Assembly: GCA_963817895.1 (NCBI GenBank)
Contig: CAWFQB010000003.1
Location: 352,001-416,000, forward strand
Source of the DNA: an uncultured Chthonomonadaceae bacterium
GTDB lineage: Bacteria > Armatimonadota > Chthonomonadetes > Chthonomonadales > Chthonomonadaceae
DNA: 64,000 bases
Reading direction: 5' to 3'
Every line of letters begins with the position of its first letter. Position 1 is the first letter of the stretch. Shown here piece after piece: positions 27,679 through 37,176 of this stretch. The notes beneath the pieces were generated by a model, which had not been told where the DNA came from, searched no databases, and worked only from the letters and a program-made list of their open reading frames with translations. The position numbers and the translations under genes were made by a program.

Positions 27679-28156
27679 TTTCGCGTTTTGAGCGAACGGT
27701 TCCGCCACCCGACGTTTCCGGCGGGTATGCCGCCTTTCGCCCCTATGTCCGCGCCGATTTTCGGCAGTGCTGCGCGTATTGTTGTCTGCACGAGTTCTGG
27801 ACAGGCGGTGTCGGCAATTTCGAGATGGATCACTACCGTCCCGTGAGTCGTTTTCCGCACCTGGTACGCGACTTCTACAACCCTCGCTATGCCTGTCATG
27901 TCTGCAATATGACAAAGTCGGACTACTGGCCCTCACCGGAGGCGGAAGCCGCAGGCGTCGGAGTTGTGGATTTGATACCGGCACGTTCGCTGATCATTAC
28001 CAACTGGCAGAAAGCGGCATCCTTCAGCCCGTGACGGCATCGGCGCAGGTCACTATTTCTCTGTTGCGCCTGAACACCGAGCATCTTACGCAATTGCGAG
28101 CGTTCATTCTTCACAACCAATGGGAAATGGACGCATCCCCCATACCTAATACCTGA
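27675..28156 (+). CDS. HNH endonuclease (frameshift near 27975)
   Basis: CAYC...FEMDHYRP...YN..YACHVCN.TKSDYWP. Confidence 0.85.
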
Positions 28157-28189
28157 AAAACATAAATACCTGAACACCGGAGTTTCGTG

Positions 28190-28957
28190 ATGAACATACA
28201 AGAAGCGTTGTATGAATTGGGAGTGCGCGACGATACGCTTTCTGAAAAAGAGAAGGCGCAATTGGATCGTGACGGCTTTCTGCCCCTGCGCGGCGTGTTG
28301 AGCGGGGAACAGATTGAGGCGTTGCGGCAGCGGCAGGCGGAATTGCTGGCGGATGAGGGCGACAACGCGGGCAAGGAGGTGCATCAGGAAGCGGGAACCG
28401 ATCGGCTTTCCGACCTGATTAACAAAGACCCGATGTACCATATCGTCTTAACCACCCCGCGCCTGCTGGCCGGAATCGCGCATGTGCTGGAAGGCGACCT
28501 GAAACTCTCTTCGCTGAACAGCCGTTCCGCCCTGCCCGGTCAGGGCTTGCAGGCGCTTCATGCCGATTGGGGACGGTTGGAAACGCCGGGAACGTATCAG
28601 GTGTGCAACAGCATCTGGCTGCTCGATGATTTCACGCCCGAAAACGGCGCCACTCGCGTGGTTCCCGGCACACACGCGACCGGCAAAGTACCCTCTGATA
28701 CCATGAAAGACCCGCGCGAAACCCACCCGGATGAGATGCTGGTACTGGGTAAGGCCGGCGATGTGGTGATTTTCAACTCGCATACGTGGCACGGCGGCAC
28801 GCTCAACCACACAGACCATCCCCGCCGCGCCCTGCACGGCTACTTCTGCCGCCGCTGCCACCCGCCGCAACTGGATCAGAAAAAATACCTGCGCCCCGAA
28901 ACCGCCGCGCAGTTAAGCGCAGCGGCCCGCGTGGTGCTGGGCGTCGAAGGCGATTGA
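28190..28957 (+). CDS. Phytanoyl-CoA dioxygenase (PhyH) family 2OG-Fe(II) oxygenase
   Basis: LHAD, IWLLDDFTPENGATRVVPGTH, GDVVIFNSHTWHGG. Confidence 0.93.
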   Translation: MNIQEALYELGVRDDTLSEKEKAQLDRDGFLPLRGVLSGEQIEALRQRQAELLADEGDNAGKEVHQEAGTDRLSDLINKDPMYHIVLTTPRLLAGIAHVLEGDLKLSSLNSRSALPGQGLQALHADWGRLETPGTYQVCNSIWLLDDFTPENGATRVVPGTHATGKVPSDTMKDPRETHPDEMLVLGKAGDVVIFNSHTWHGGTLNHTDHPRRALHGYFCRRCHPPQLDQKKYLRPETAAQLSAAARVVLGVEGD

Positions 28958-28959
28958 AC

Positions 28960-29150
28960 CAGAGAAAAGAAGAAAAGAAGAAAAGAAGAAAAGAAGATTG
29001 AGAAACCGCGAAACACACGAAATAAACGAAAAAAGACGAAATGCAAAAAATGGGAACTGGCTGTATCAATGCTGTTTCGACTGTTCTGCCCCTTTGCGGT
29101 TCTTTTCGGCTTTGTTCTTTTTTTCGTTTATTTCGTGTGTTTCGCGGTTT
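28960..29150. repeat. AGAAAAGA tandem tract plus long inverted-repeat element
   Basis: AAACCGCGAAACACACGAAATAAACGAAAAAA (from 29003) is the reverse complement of the arm ending at 29150. Confidence 0.9.
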
Positions 29151-29188
29151 AGAAGTATCCTCTTCTCCTTTTGTGTACTGGAGGTTGT

Positions 29189-30495
29189 ATGGCGATTTTG
29201 GAACAGGATTTACCCGGTTTTATGGACGAAGACGCGCAGGCGCATATTGACCGCGTGATTGAGAAGTACAAGCAGCACATCAATCCCGGCCTGGCGCGAT
29301 TATTGCAATTCGGCGGGTTCGGGGATGTGGAGGATATCGGCGCAGGGCTGCGTGGTTACGATGCTTTCCGGGGCGCAGTATCTGGATTACGTGGGCGGGT
29401 TCGGCGTGTTCTCGTGCGGGCATCGGCATCCGCGCATTGTCGAGGCCGTGAAGCGGCAGTTGGACAAAATGCCGCTTTCCACGCGCACGTTTTTCAGCGA
29501 ACCGCAGGTGGAGTTGGCGGAAAAGCTGGCCGAAATCACGCCCGGCGATTTGCAATACACGTTTTACTCCAACAGCGGAACCGAAGCGGTCGAGGCCGCG
29601 ATTGAAAATGGCGCGAATCGCGACCGGCAAAACCGATTTTATCAGTACGCATGGCGCGTATCACGGCAAAACGTTGGGCGCTCTGTCAGCAACCGGGCGC
29701 GAAAAATACCGGACGCCGTTTGCCCCGCTCGTGCCGGGATTTACGCACGTTCCGTTCAATGACGCGCAGGCGGTGGAGGAAGCGGTTACGGCGGCTACGT
29801 GCGCGGTGATTATCGAGCCGATACAGGGCGAGGGCGGAATCATCGTGCCGAACGCGGGCTATCTGGCTGAACTGCGCCGAATTTGTGACCGGCACGGCCT
29901 GCTGCTGATTGCCGATGAGGTGCAAACGGGCATGGGGCGCACGGGCCGGATGTTCGGCGTGAACCATGACGGCGTGACGCCCGATATTCTGTGTCTGGCG
30001 AAAGCGCTCGGCGGCGGCGTGATGCCCATTGGCGCAACCGTGTCCAACCAGAAGGTATGGGAAGGGACGTTTACGCATAATCCGTATATCCATACCAGCA
30101 CGTTCGGCGGCAACCAACTCGCCTGCGCTGCCGGACTGGCGACTCTGGACGTGATCGCGGATGAAAACCTGATTTCCCGCGCCCACGAGCGGGGCGAACA
30201 ATTGATGGCGGGACTGCGGCAGGCGCAGCAGGCCAATCCCGCCGCAATCAAAGCCGTTCGAGGTCAGGGCTTGATGGTGGGAGTTGAGTTCGAGATCAAG
30301 GACATGGCGGAATTGACCATCAATCTGCTGGCGGGCGAGGGAATCATTGCCGCCTACACCCTCAACAACCCCAATGTGATTCGTATGGAACCGCCCCTCA
30401 TCGTTTCCCCGGCGCAAATTGACCGGGCCGTAAACGCCTTCGGGCAGGCGGTATCATCGGCGGCAAATCTGCTGTCGGGTTTGGAAGAAGAGTAG
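29189..30495 (+). CDS. Class-III PLP aminotransferase, putrescine/acetylornithine aminotransferase-like (frameshifts)
   Basis: NSGTEAVEAA, YHGKTLG, IIEPIQGEGG, IADEVQTGMGRTG, LAKALGGGVMPIG, HTSTFGGN. Confidence 0.92.
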
Positions 30496-30628
30496 AATTA
30501 CACCTTTTGCAAGGGGTTGAAACCCCTGTTTATATGGCGTTCTACTAGATTTTATCGGATGCTGTTTCAATCTACAATTCACTACCGGAAAAAGGCTAAC
30601 ATTGCAGATTCATTTAGAAGGAGAGAAC

Positions 30629-31719
30629 ATGCGCGCAAGTGTGATACAGACAATGAGGTTTGGGAAACTGCTGACCGGATTCGGATTGGCGATGCTGACA
30701 TTGGGTGGGTGCAGCAAGGAAGAACCCGCTTCCAACAATGCCGCCACGCCCGCGCCAATGAAAACGGCGGACAAGGGCAATCCGACCGCAACGCCCGACA
30801 CAAACGGCAAGAAGAAGATTCTGTTCGTGTTCAAAGTGGGCGGAATTTCCTACAGCACAGCCTGCGAAGCGGGCGCGAAGCAGGCCAACGACGATACCAG
30901 CCTGAACGCGGAAGTGGATTATCAGGCGTCCACCGAGGGCACGGCGGAAAAGCAGAACGACATTATCGAGCAGGCGATTGTGTCCAAAGTGGACGCGATT
31001 GTCGTATCCCCCGTGGATGCCAACGCCATCGTTCCCGTGCTGAACAAAGCCGCCGACGCGGGCATCAAAGTGTTTACGTGGGACGCGGACTCGCCAGGCA
31101 AGCAAGCGATTGTTCTATTTCGCGGCTGTGGATGATGTTAAAATCGGGGCGGATGTCGCGGACGCGCTTGCCAATTCGGTGGACGCGAAGGGCAAAGTGC
31201 TGCTGGTCAGCGGGCATCAAACGGCGGAAAACCTGAACCTGCACCTGAAAGGGATGCAGGAGGGTTTCAAGAAGTACCCCAACATCAAAGTGGTCACGCC
31301 CACCATTTACAACGACGACGATCTCGAATCAGGCCAAATCCAAAACCCTGACCGCGCTGCAGGCCGACTCGGATGTGGTTGGAATCGCCTGCGCCAACTC
31401 CGTCAGCCCGCACGGCGCGGGCGAAGCCGTGAAAACGGCGGGCAAAATCGGCAAAATCAAGGTGTGGGGATTGGGCCTGCCGAGCGAAAACAAGCCGTAT
31501 CTGATGGACGGCTCCGTGACCGGCCTGTACCTGTGGGACCCGAAACAACTAACCTACGTCACCGCCAAACTGGTACGCGCCGCGCTGGACGGCAAAATGC
31601 CTGCCGATGGCGACAGCGTAGACGGCGTGGAGGGCAAACTTCAGGTAAAGGACCAGATCGTCACCCTGCCCCTCCGTCTGGAAATCAACAAAGACAACGT
31701 AGAGAAGATGACGTTTTAG
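30629..31719 (+). CDS. Sugar/AI-2-type ABC substrate-binding lipoprotein (frameshifts)
   Basis: Lipobox LGGC; VDAIVVSPVDANA, GIKVFTWDAD, GLGLPSENKPY, LWDPKQL. Confidence 0.88.
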
Positions 31720-31755
31720 AGTGGCAGTATTGTGGTTGGCCTGTGAGTACCTCTA

Positions 31756-31799
31756 CAAAACCTCCCTCACTGACGATTTTGCCAGTGAGGGAGGTTTTG
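31756..31799. terminator. Bidirectional terminator hairpin
   Basis: CAAAACCTCCCTCACTG...CAGTGAGGGAGGTTTTG. Confidence 0.85.
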
Positions 31800-31836
31800 C
31801 AGGGACAAGAAGAGCGTCCAACCGTCGTAATCGCGG

Positions 31837-32491
31837 TTAATGTTTCGTGCCGCCTAACAGCCGGTAGAACCTGGAGGTTTCCACATGGATTTTTTCTACA
31901 GCCTTCAATCCGTCTTCAGCCTTCTTACGCATATCTCGATAAGTAGCCGATTTCGTGCTCAGATTAGGCACTTGCAAGGCGACCTGAATCTCACTCAGGC
32001 GATCAAATTTTTCGTTTACGCCAAGTGTTATGTCATTTTCGAGTTTCACAGGGTCAAGCGGCTGACCGTCCGCTCCTGTCAGCAGGTTGGCTGTTCGTAA
32101 TTCTCTAGCCACATCGGTTAGTGAGCGGCCCATTTGAGAGGCTAATTCTTTGGCGTATGCCGCATTTCGCATCAGCCGTAATTTGTATTGCGGTTGGATG
32201 CCTTCCATCGGCATCAGCATTCAGCAGAGCGTCAGCAAGGCTGGAACGCATAGCTCGCGCGCCACTCGCCAGCTTTTCTGCATCATCATCTAAAGTGCCT
32301 ACGAATGGCAATAGCTTCGATTTATCAATATCCTCTTGATGGTTCCTAGACCAATCCGTCAGGATGATAACAACATTAGAGAATGTCTTCACGCTTTTAA
32401 CGAGAATGTTGTCCTCGGCTTTCACCGGCGGGGGACTCGCTGTGAGTAGACAGCACAGAGACAGACAGGCAACCGACTTAGCCAGCCTCAT
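31837..32491 (-). CDS. Hypothetical exported helical protein (probable frameshift near 32210)
   Basis: Signal-like MRLAKSVACLSLCCLLTASPPPVKA; continues in overlapping ORF 31837-32220. Confidence 0.55.
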
Positions 32492-32769
32492 TATTGTTTC
32501 TCCTTATTTTTTGTATGCCGTCTCAGGCCAAGCGACAGACATATAACCAGCCAACTAATTGCCAGAGTAGGAAACCATACGTCATAACGTTGAGTTGTCT
32601 GGCGCGCTAAGGCATCACATACCAGATGGCTGACAAACAATCCAATCAGGATTAAAGTGATCGTTTGCGCCGAAAGTGTCAAAAGGTTTCCGTCAGATGG
32701 CGTCTTTTGTTTTTCTTGCTCCGTATCGGAGGCATGTGAGTTGTTAATGTGTTCGTCTGTGTTTGCCAC
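32491..32769 (-). CDS. Small two-TM hypothetical protein
   Basis: Two hydrophobic segments; stop overlaps the next start; GGGAG RBS upstream. Confidence 0.55.
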   Translation of the reverse strand: MANTDEHINNSHASDTEQEKQKTPSDGNLLTLSAQTITLILIGLFVSHLVCDALARQTTQRYDVWFPTLAISWLVICLSLGLRRHTKNKEKQ

Positions 32770-32901
32770 CTATTTCATTCTCCCATCCCCCAGGATTACG
32801 TAAATATTAAACACGTATCCCAATAACAGTGATTGTAACATAAACATGACATTTAGCATATAGCCATGTCTTTTTGAATGATTCGGGGAGAAGTGGCAGT
32901 T

Positions 32902-34238
32902 CTATTTTGGCTGGCTTAATGTTGTGTCCGCAAGGAAATCAATCCGGTACTTACACGCCTGAATGATTTCGCGCTCGTACTGCGCGGCGTCCGCGATGTT
33001 GGTCAGGTTGTGTGTAGTCATTACTCTGGCGAGAACGTCTGCGAACGGGGCGATGGTTCCCCGGTTCACTTTGCGGTCGAAAAGCGTGGTCAGGCCCGCT
33101 TCGGATTTCACCACATCCGACACTTTGCCGGTCAGCATTTGCCCGTTGAGGGTAACAGTAACCACATCATCGGCGGGCCAGTAGTGCGATTTGGCGACTT
33201 TGATTTGCGCCACCTGAAACGCCTCGCTGCGCCGCCCCGCTTTTTGCCAGATGACGGTGAGCCGCTTGTCCGCAATAGTCTTTTGTACCGCGTCCGCCCC
33301 CGTCAGTTCCGCGCCCGTAACCGGGTCCACCACGCACAAAATGCCGTCCGGCGTAATGTCCAAACCGTACTGATGAAAGTCATGGGCGTATTGGTCGGGC
33401 TGATCGGTTTTTTCCTGCCGCAGCACTTCCAGCAGCGAGCCTTTGCCGTCTATCGCCGTGATGAACTGTATGAACCCGATGCTGACATAGCCCGTATCGT
33501 AGGTATTCACGCTGTCGAAGCCGCCCTCCAGTTTCGACACGGCTCCCGCCACGCGCTGTTCTGAAGCGTTGAAACCCGCTTTGCGCAAAGAGGGCGTTCA
33601 ATTGCGCGTCCGGCATTTTTCGCAGCGGATTGCTGCTGTCCATCACGCCCTGCGCAAACCGATAGTACGCGAAGGTGGGCGATCCGACGCGCACATTATC
33701 GCGCAGGGTGAACACATCCCCATCCTCGAACGCGACCATATACTGCATCGGCGCGACCGCGTTCGCGAACGGCGGCGGATTGCCGACTGCGGCCAGCAGA
33801 TCATCGGGAATCGTTCCGGGCAAAGCCGGAGGCAGGGGGTGGAGCGTATTGGGCGTGGGCGCGCTGCCCACATCTATGCGCGCCGTTCGCCCGATCCGCC
33901 ACATCCTGCGCCTGCCAGCGGTCATACGCGAGTTTGGCGTCTACCCACTGTTTCCAGCCCGCGTTAGAAGCTGCCGCGCCGGTTGGGGACTGCGTGGGTG
34001 GCGCTTTGCCCGCGCCGATGGCCCGCTGATACTTCCAGAACCACAGCGACCCCTCCGGCGTCAGGCGAACCTGCCACAACCCCGTTTTCTTCACGTCCGG
34101 CAAAGCCTGAATTTTATAACGTCCGGGCGTCGTCCAGTACGCGACGATTTTAGCCCGCTCGTCGGGGGAGAAAACGCCCTCGCCCCGCGCCGTCAACGGC
34201 AGGGAACACAAAGCAATCGCAAAAAAACAACGTCGCAC
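32902..34238 (-). CDS. Secreted protein with putative lysozyme-like C-terminal domain (frameshifts)
   Basis: Signal peptide MRRCFFAIALCSLPLTARG; SKLEGGFDSVNTYDTGYVSIGFIQF motif. Confidence 0.65.
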
Positions 34239-34465
34239 CGATTATTTCCTTCCTGAACTTCAAAAACTCCGAAAACTTCAAAACAGGGTGTCACTCTCTT
34301 TCATTTCAATTCTACACTCCCGTATTCCTGCCTGCTCGAAACAACAGAGCGGAAAAAGGCAGGAATACGGGAAGCGCATGGCGAAAGCACAGGAAGAAAT
34401 ACTTTGCGCGGCCATTTTTGTGGGAGCGCGTATATTCAGCAGGCGGATTGAGAAGGGATGCGCGC

Positions 34466-35955
34466 ATGATTGCGGCAGGACAGGAAAACGAATCAAATAT
34501 AAGCGATAACAGCAGGGAAGCGACTTCCGCGCTGAATTCTCGCCTGCTGCGGGAGTACGGATGCGCTGTTGTTGTGACCCTGTTTGCGGTGGGCGCGCGA
34601 ATGTTGCTTACGCCCTACATTCAGGCGCAATTCCCCTATGCGACTGTATATTTTGCCGTCACGCTCGCCGCCTGGTACGGCGGGTTGGGGCCGGCTCTGC
34701 TGGCGGTTCTGCTCGGCTACCTGGGTGTCGTGTACTACATTATTCCGCCAACGCACTCGTTTATGATTCACGGCCTCGCCAACTGGATTGGAACCCTTAT
34801 CTTTATATTTCTAGGCGTAAGCAGCGCGGGCTTCAGCGGCTCCATGAAACGGGCGCAGGAACGGGCCGAGGCCAGCGCGGAGCAGGCGCGGGCTTCCGCT
34901 GATGCGCTGCTGGCAAGCGAGGCGCAACGCCGGGAAGGGGAATCGCATTTGCGCATGGCCGCCGATGCCGCCCGTTTGGGCGTATGGAGTTACGACCCGG
35001 ATGCCGAATGTCTCACGCTTTCCCCGCTCACGGCGCTGGCGCTGGGGCTGCCGCCCGAAACGGCAACCCTGACCACAGGGGGTTTTCTGGAACGAATCTG
35101 TATGCGGCGGACAGGCTTTTTGTCACCCGCGCGTTGCGCGACACGCTGGAAAACCGCGCCGTTCTGGATACGGAGTACCGCGTCGTATGGCCGGACAATT
35201 CCGTTCACTGGCTGGCGGCGCGGGGGGAAGCCCTGCCGAACGCGCATACGGGGCGCGCGCTGTTCAGCGGCGTGGCGCAGGAGATCACGGCGCGCAAGCA
35301 GATCGAGCAGGAGCGCGAGGCGTATCTGGCGGAAATCGAGGCGCTGAACGGGCGTTTAAAAGTGGCAATGGCGGAAACGCATCATCGGGTTAAAAACAAT
35401 CTCCAGGTGATTACGGCCATGATTGACATGCAGACAATGGAGGGGACGCCCACGCTACCCCGCGAGGAGTTTCTGCGCCTGAATCAGCATGTGCGAACCC
35501 TCGCTTCCATTCACGAGATTTTGACGCGCGAGGCGAAAGAGTACGGGGACGCGCAGACGCTTTCCGCCCGTGCGCTGCTCCGGCAACTGCTGTCCACGCT
35601 ACAGCAGGCGCATCTGGATCATGAGTTGCGGCAGCACATTGACGAGTCGACGCTTTCCACGCGGCAGGGAACCGCGCTGGCCCTGATTACCAACGAACTG
35701 GTCAGTAACGCGGTGAAACACGGAAGGGGCGCGATTGAGGCGCGGTTTACGGTTGTGGAAAATATCGGCTGTCTGGAAGTAGGCGACGATGGCGTGGGCT
35801 TTCCTGCCGACTTCGACGCGAAAAAAGCCGCGAACACGGGGCTGGACCTGATCCAATCGCTCACGCAGGCCGATTTGACGGGACAAATCGCGTATGCCAA
35901 CCGTCCTGAAGGCGGCGCGCGTGTCCGTATTACCTTCCCCATTTCCGCCGCATAA
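34466..35955 (+). CDS. Sensor histidine kinase: DUF4118-like TM domain + PAS + HisKA_2/HWE-type kinase (frameshift near 35095)
   Basis: AWYGGLGPALLA, EYRVVWPDNSVHW, ETHHRVKNNLQVI, NELVSNAVKHG, DDGVGFP, GLDLI. Confidence 0.93.
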
Positions 35956-36011
35956 ACGTCTGACACATTCCGAGGGCCAATACCTGATGACTTTGATGCT
36001 TTAGACGCGCG

Positions 36012-37082
36012 TCAGCCTGAATACATTACAGCATGTCCAGGCGGGTTTCTAACTTCCGGGTTTTTTCCGCCCGAGCCTCTGTGGGCAAAGCGGCGTTTGA
36101 AGTAGTACAAGGTTTCTTCTTCGCTTCCGCCAAAATTCGCCTTTGTGTATTGTGCCGCGCGAGCCAAATGCAAGGCTATATTGTACATCTCGAAATGCAA
36201 CGCTTGCTTTTTTAAGCAGGGGGCGGGGTCATACGGCGCAGCATAAAAGTCGAGCACATTATCAAAGCCCGGGGCGCACCGAATGAAGCCCACCGCCTTT
36301 CCCTCCCTGCGAAACAACCATCCGCCACCATAGGGTTCAAACACAAAAGATGTGTAGGTAAGTCTCAGATCATCCAGATCACCTGTGTTTTCTTTTGATG
36401 CTTTCCTTGCTATGTAGTCTTCCGACCACGAGAAAATAAGATTCATCATCTCTTCCCGATGAGCGCGTACATCTAAATCCTCAACACTCAAATTAAGGGC
36501 GGCGCTCTCTCGCAGCGAGTTTATGAAACGTTTACGGAATGGCTCTCCCACAGACGATGCAATGATTCCCTTATGATCCAATATGGTCTGAGGAAATGGC
36601 TTTTGGTTCTGATTATGGACACGTGTAGCAGCGTAGCTGCTGCAATATTGATCAAGGTCTACCATAACTTCGGGGTATTCCTCTTCGTCGTAACGATAAT
36701 ATCCACTCCATCCGTCCTCTTCGCGATACGGGCCAAAACCGTATGGACTAAGTTGCCGGGCCTGATCGCCACTAATGTTCTTTACTACGACTCGCTCTCG
36801 TGTTGCCGCCACGTACTCTCGCGCGAGCGCCGCTATCGTCTCTGGTTTCCACATGCCGATTGGTCGAACAAATGCCGTTCCCCCCTTGTTTGGTGGACAA
36901 GGAGTGATTGGAATAAATTGCTCGCCATCCCAATACTTTTCCCACCCACGTCGGCATGTGCTCAAATAATAAAGCCTGCTATTTCCCCCCAATTCAGGAG
37001 CAGATGGCGCATGGCATAGAGCGTCTACCAGGGAATAGTCGTCCTCAGAAACCTCTGTCACTTGAGCAATCATTTTACTCAT
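36012..37082 (-). CDS. Hypothetical protein with DUF2156/GNAT-like C-terminus; lower GC than its flanks
   Basis: Intact 356-aa ORF; GWLFRREGKAVGF...YTKANFGGSEEETLYYFKRRF resembles the DUF2156 tail. Confidence 0.6.
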   Translation of the reverse strand: MSKMIAQVTEVSEDDYSLVDALCHAPSAPELGGNSRLYYLSTCRRGWEKYWDGEQFIPITPCPPNKGGTAFVRPIGMWKPETIAALAREYVAATRERVVVKNISGDQARQLSPYGFGPYREEDGWSGYYRYDEEEYPEVMVDLDQYCSSYAATRVHNQNQKPFPQTILDHKGIIASSVGEPFRKRFINSLRESAALNLSVEDLDVRAHREEMMNLIFSWSEDYIARKASKENTGDLDDLRLTYTSFVFEPYGGGWLFRREGKAVGFIRCAPGFDNVLDFYAAPYDPAPCLKKQALHFEMYNIALHLARAAQYTKANFGGSEEETLYYFKRRFAHRGSGGKNPEVRNPPGHAVMYSG

Positions 37083-37176
37083 CGTGTTTACCTTTCGGGC
37101 TGCGCATGTCGCTGACCAGTCATTTTTGTCAAGCTATTTCCACAAATAGATTAATTCTTTTTAGACTGCCGTTCGG

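Noticed and set aside
33830..33875. Another intragenic repeat insertion (PTPNTLHP)
   Set aside because: Too degenerate to separate from an ordinary Pro-rich linker
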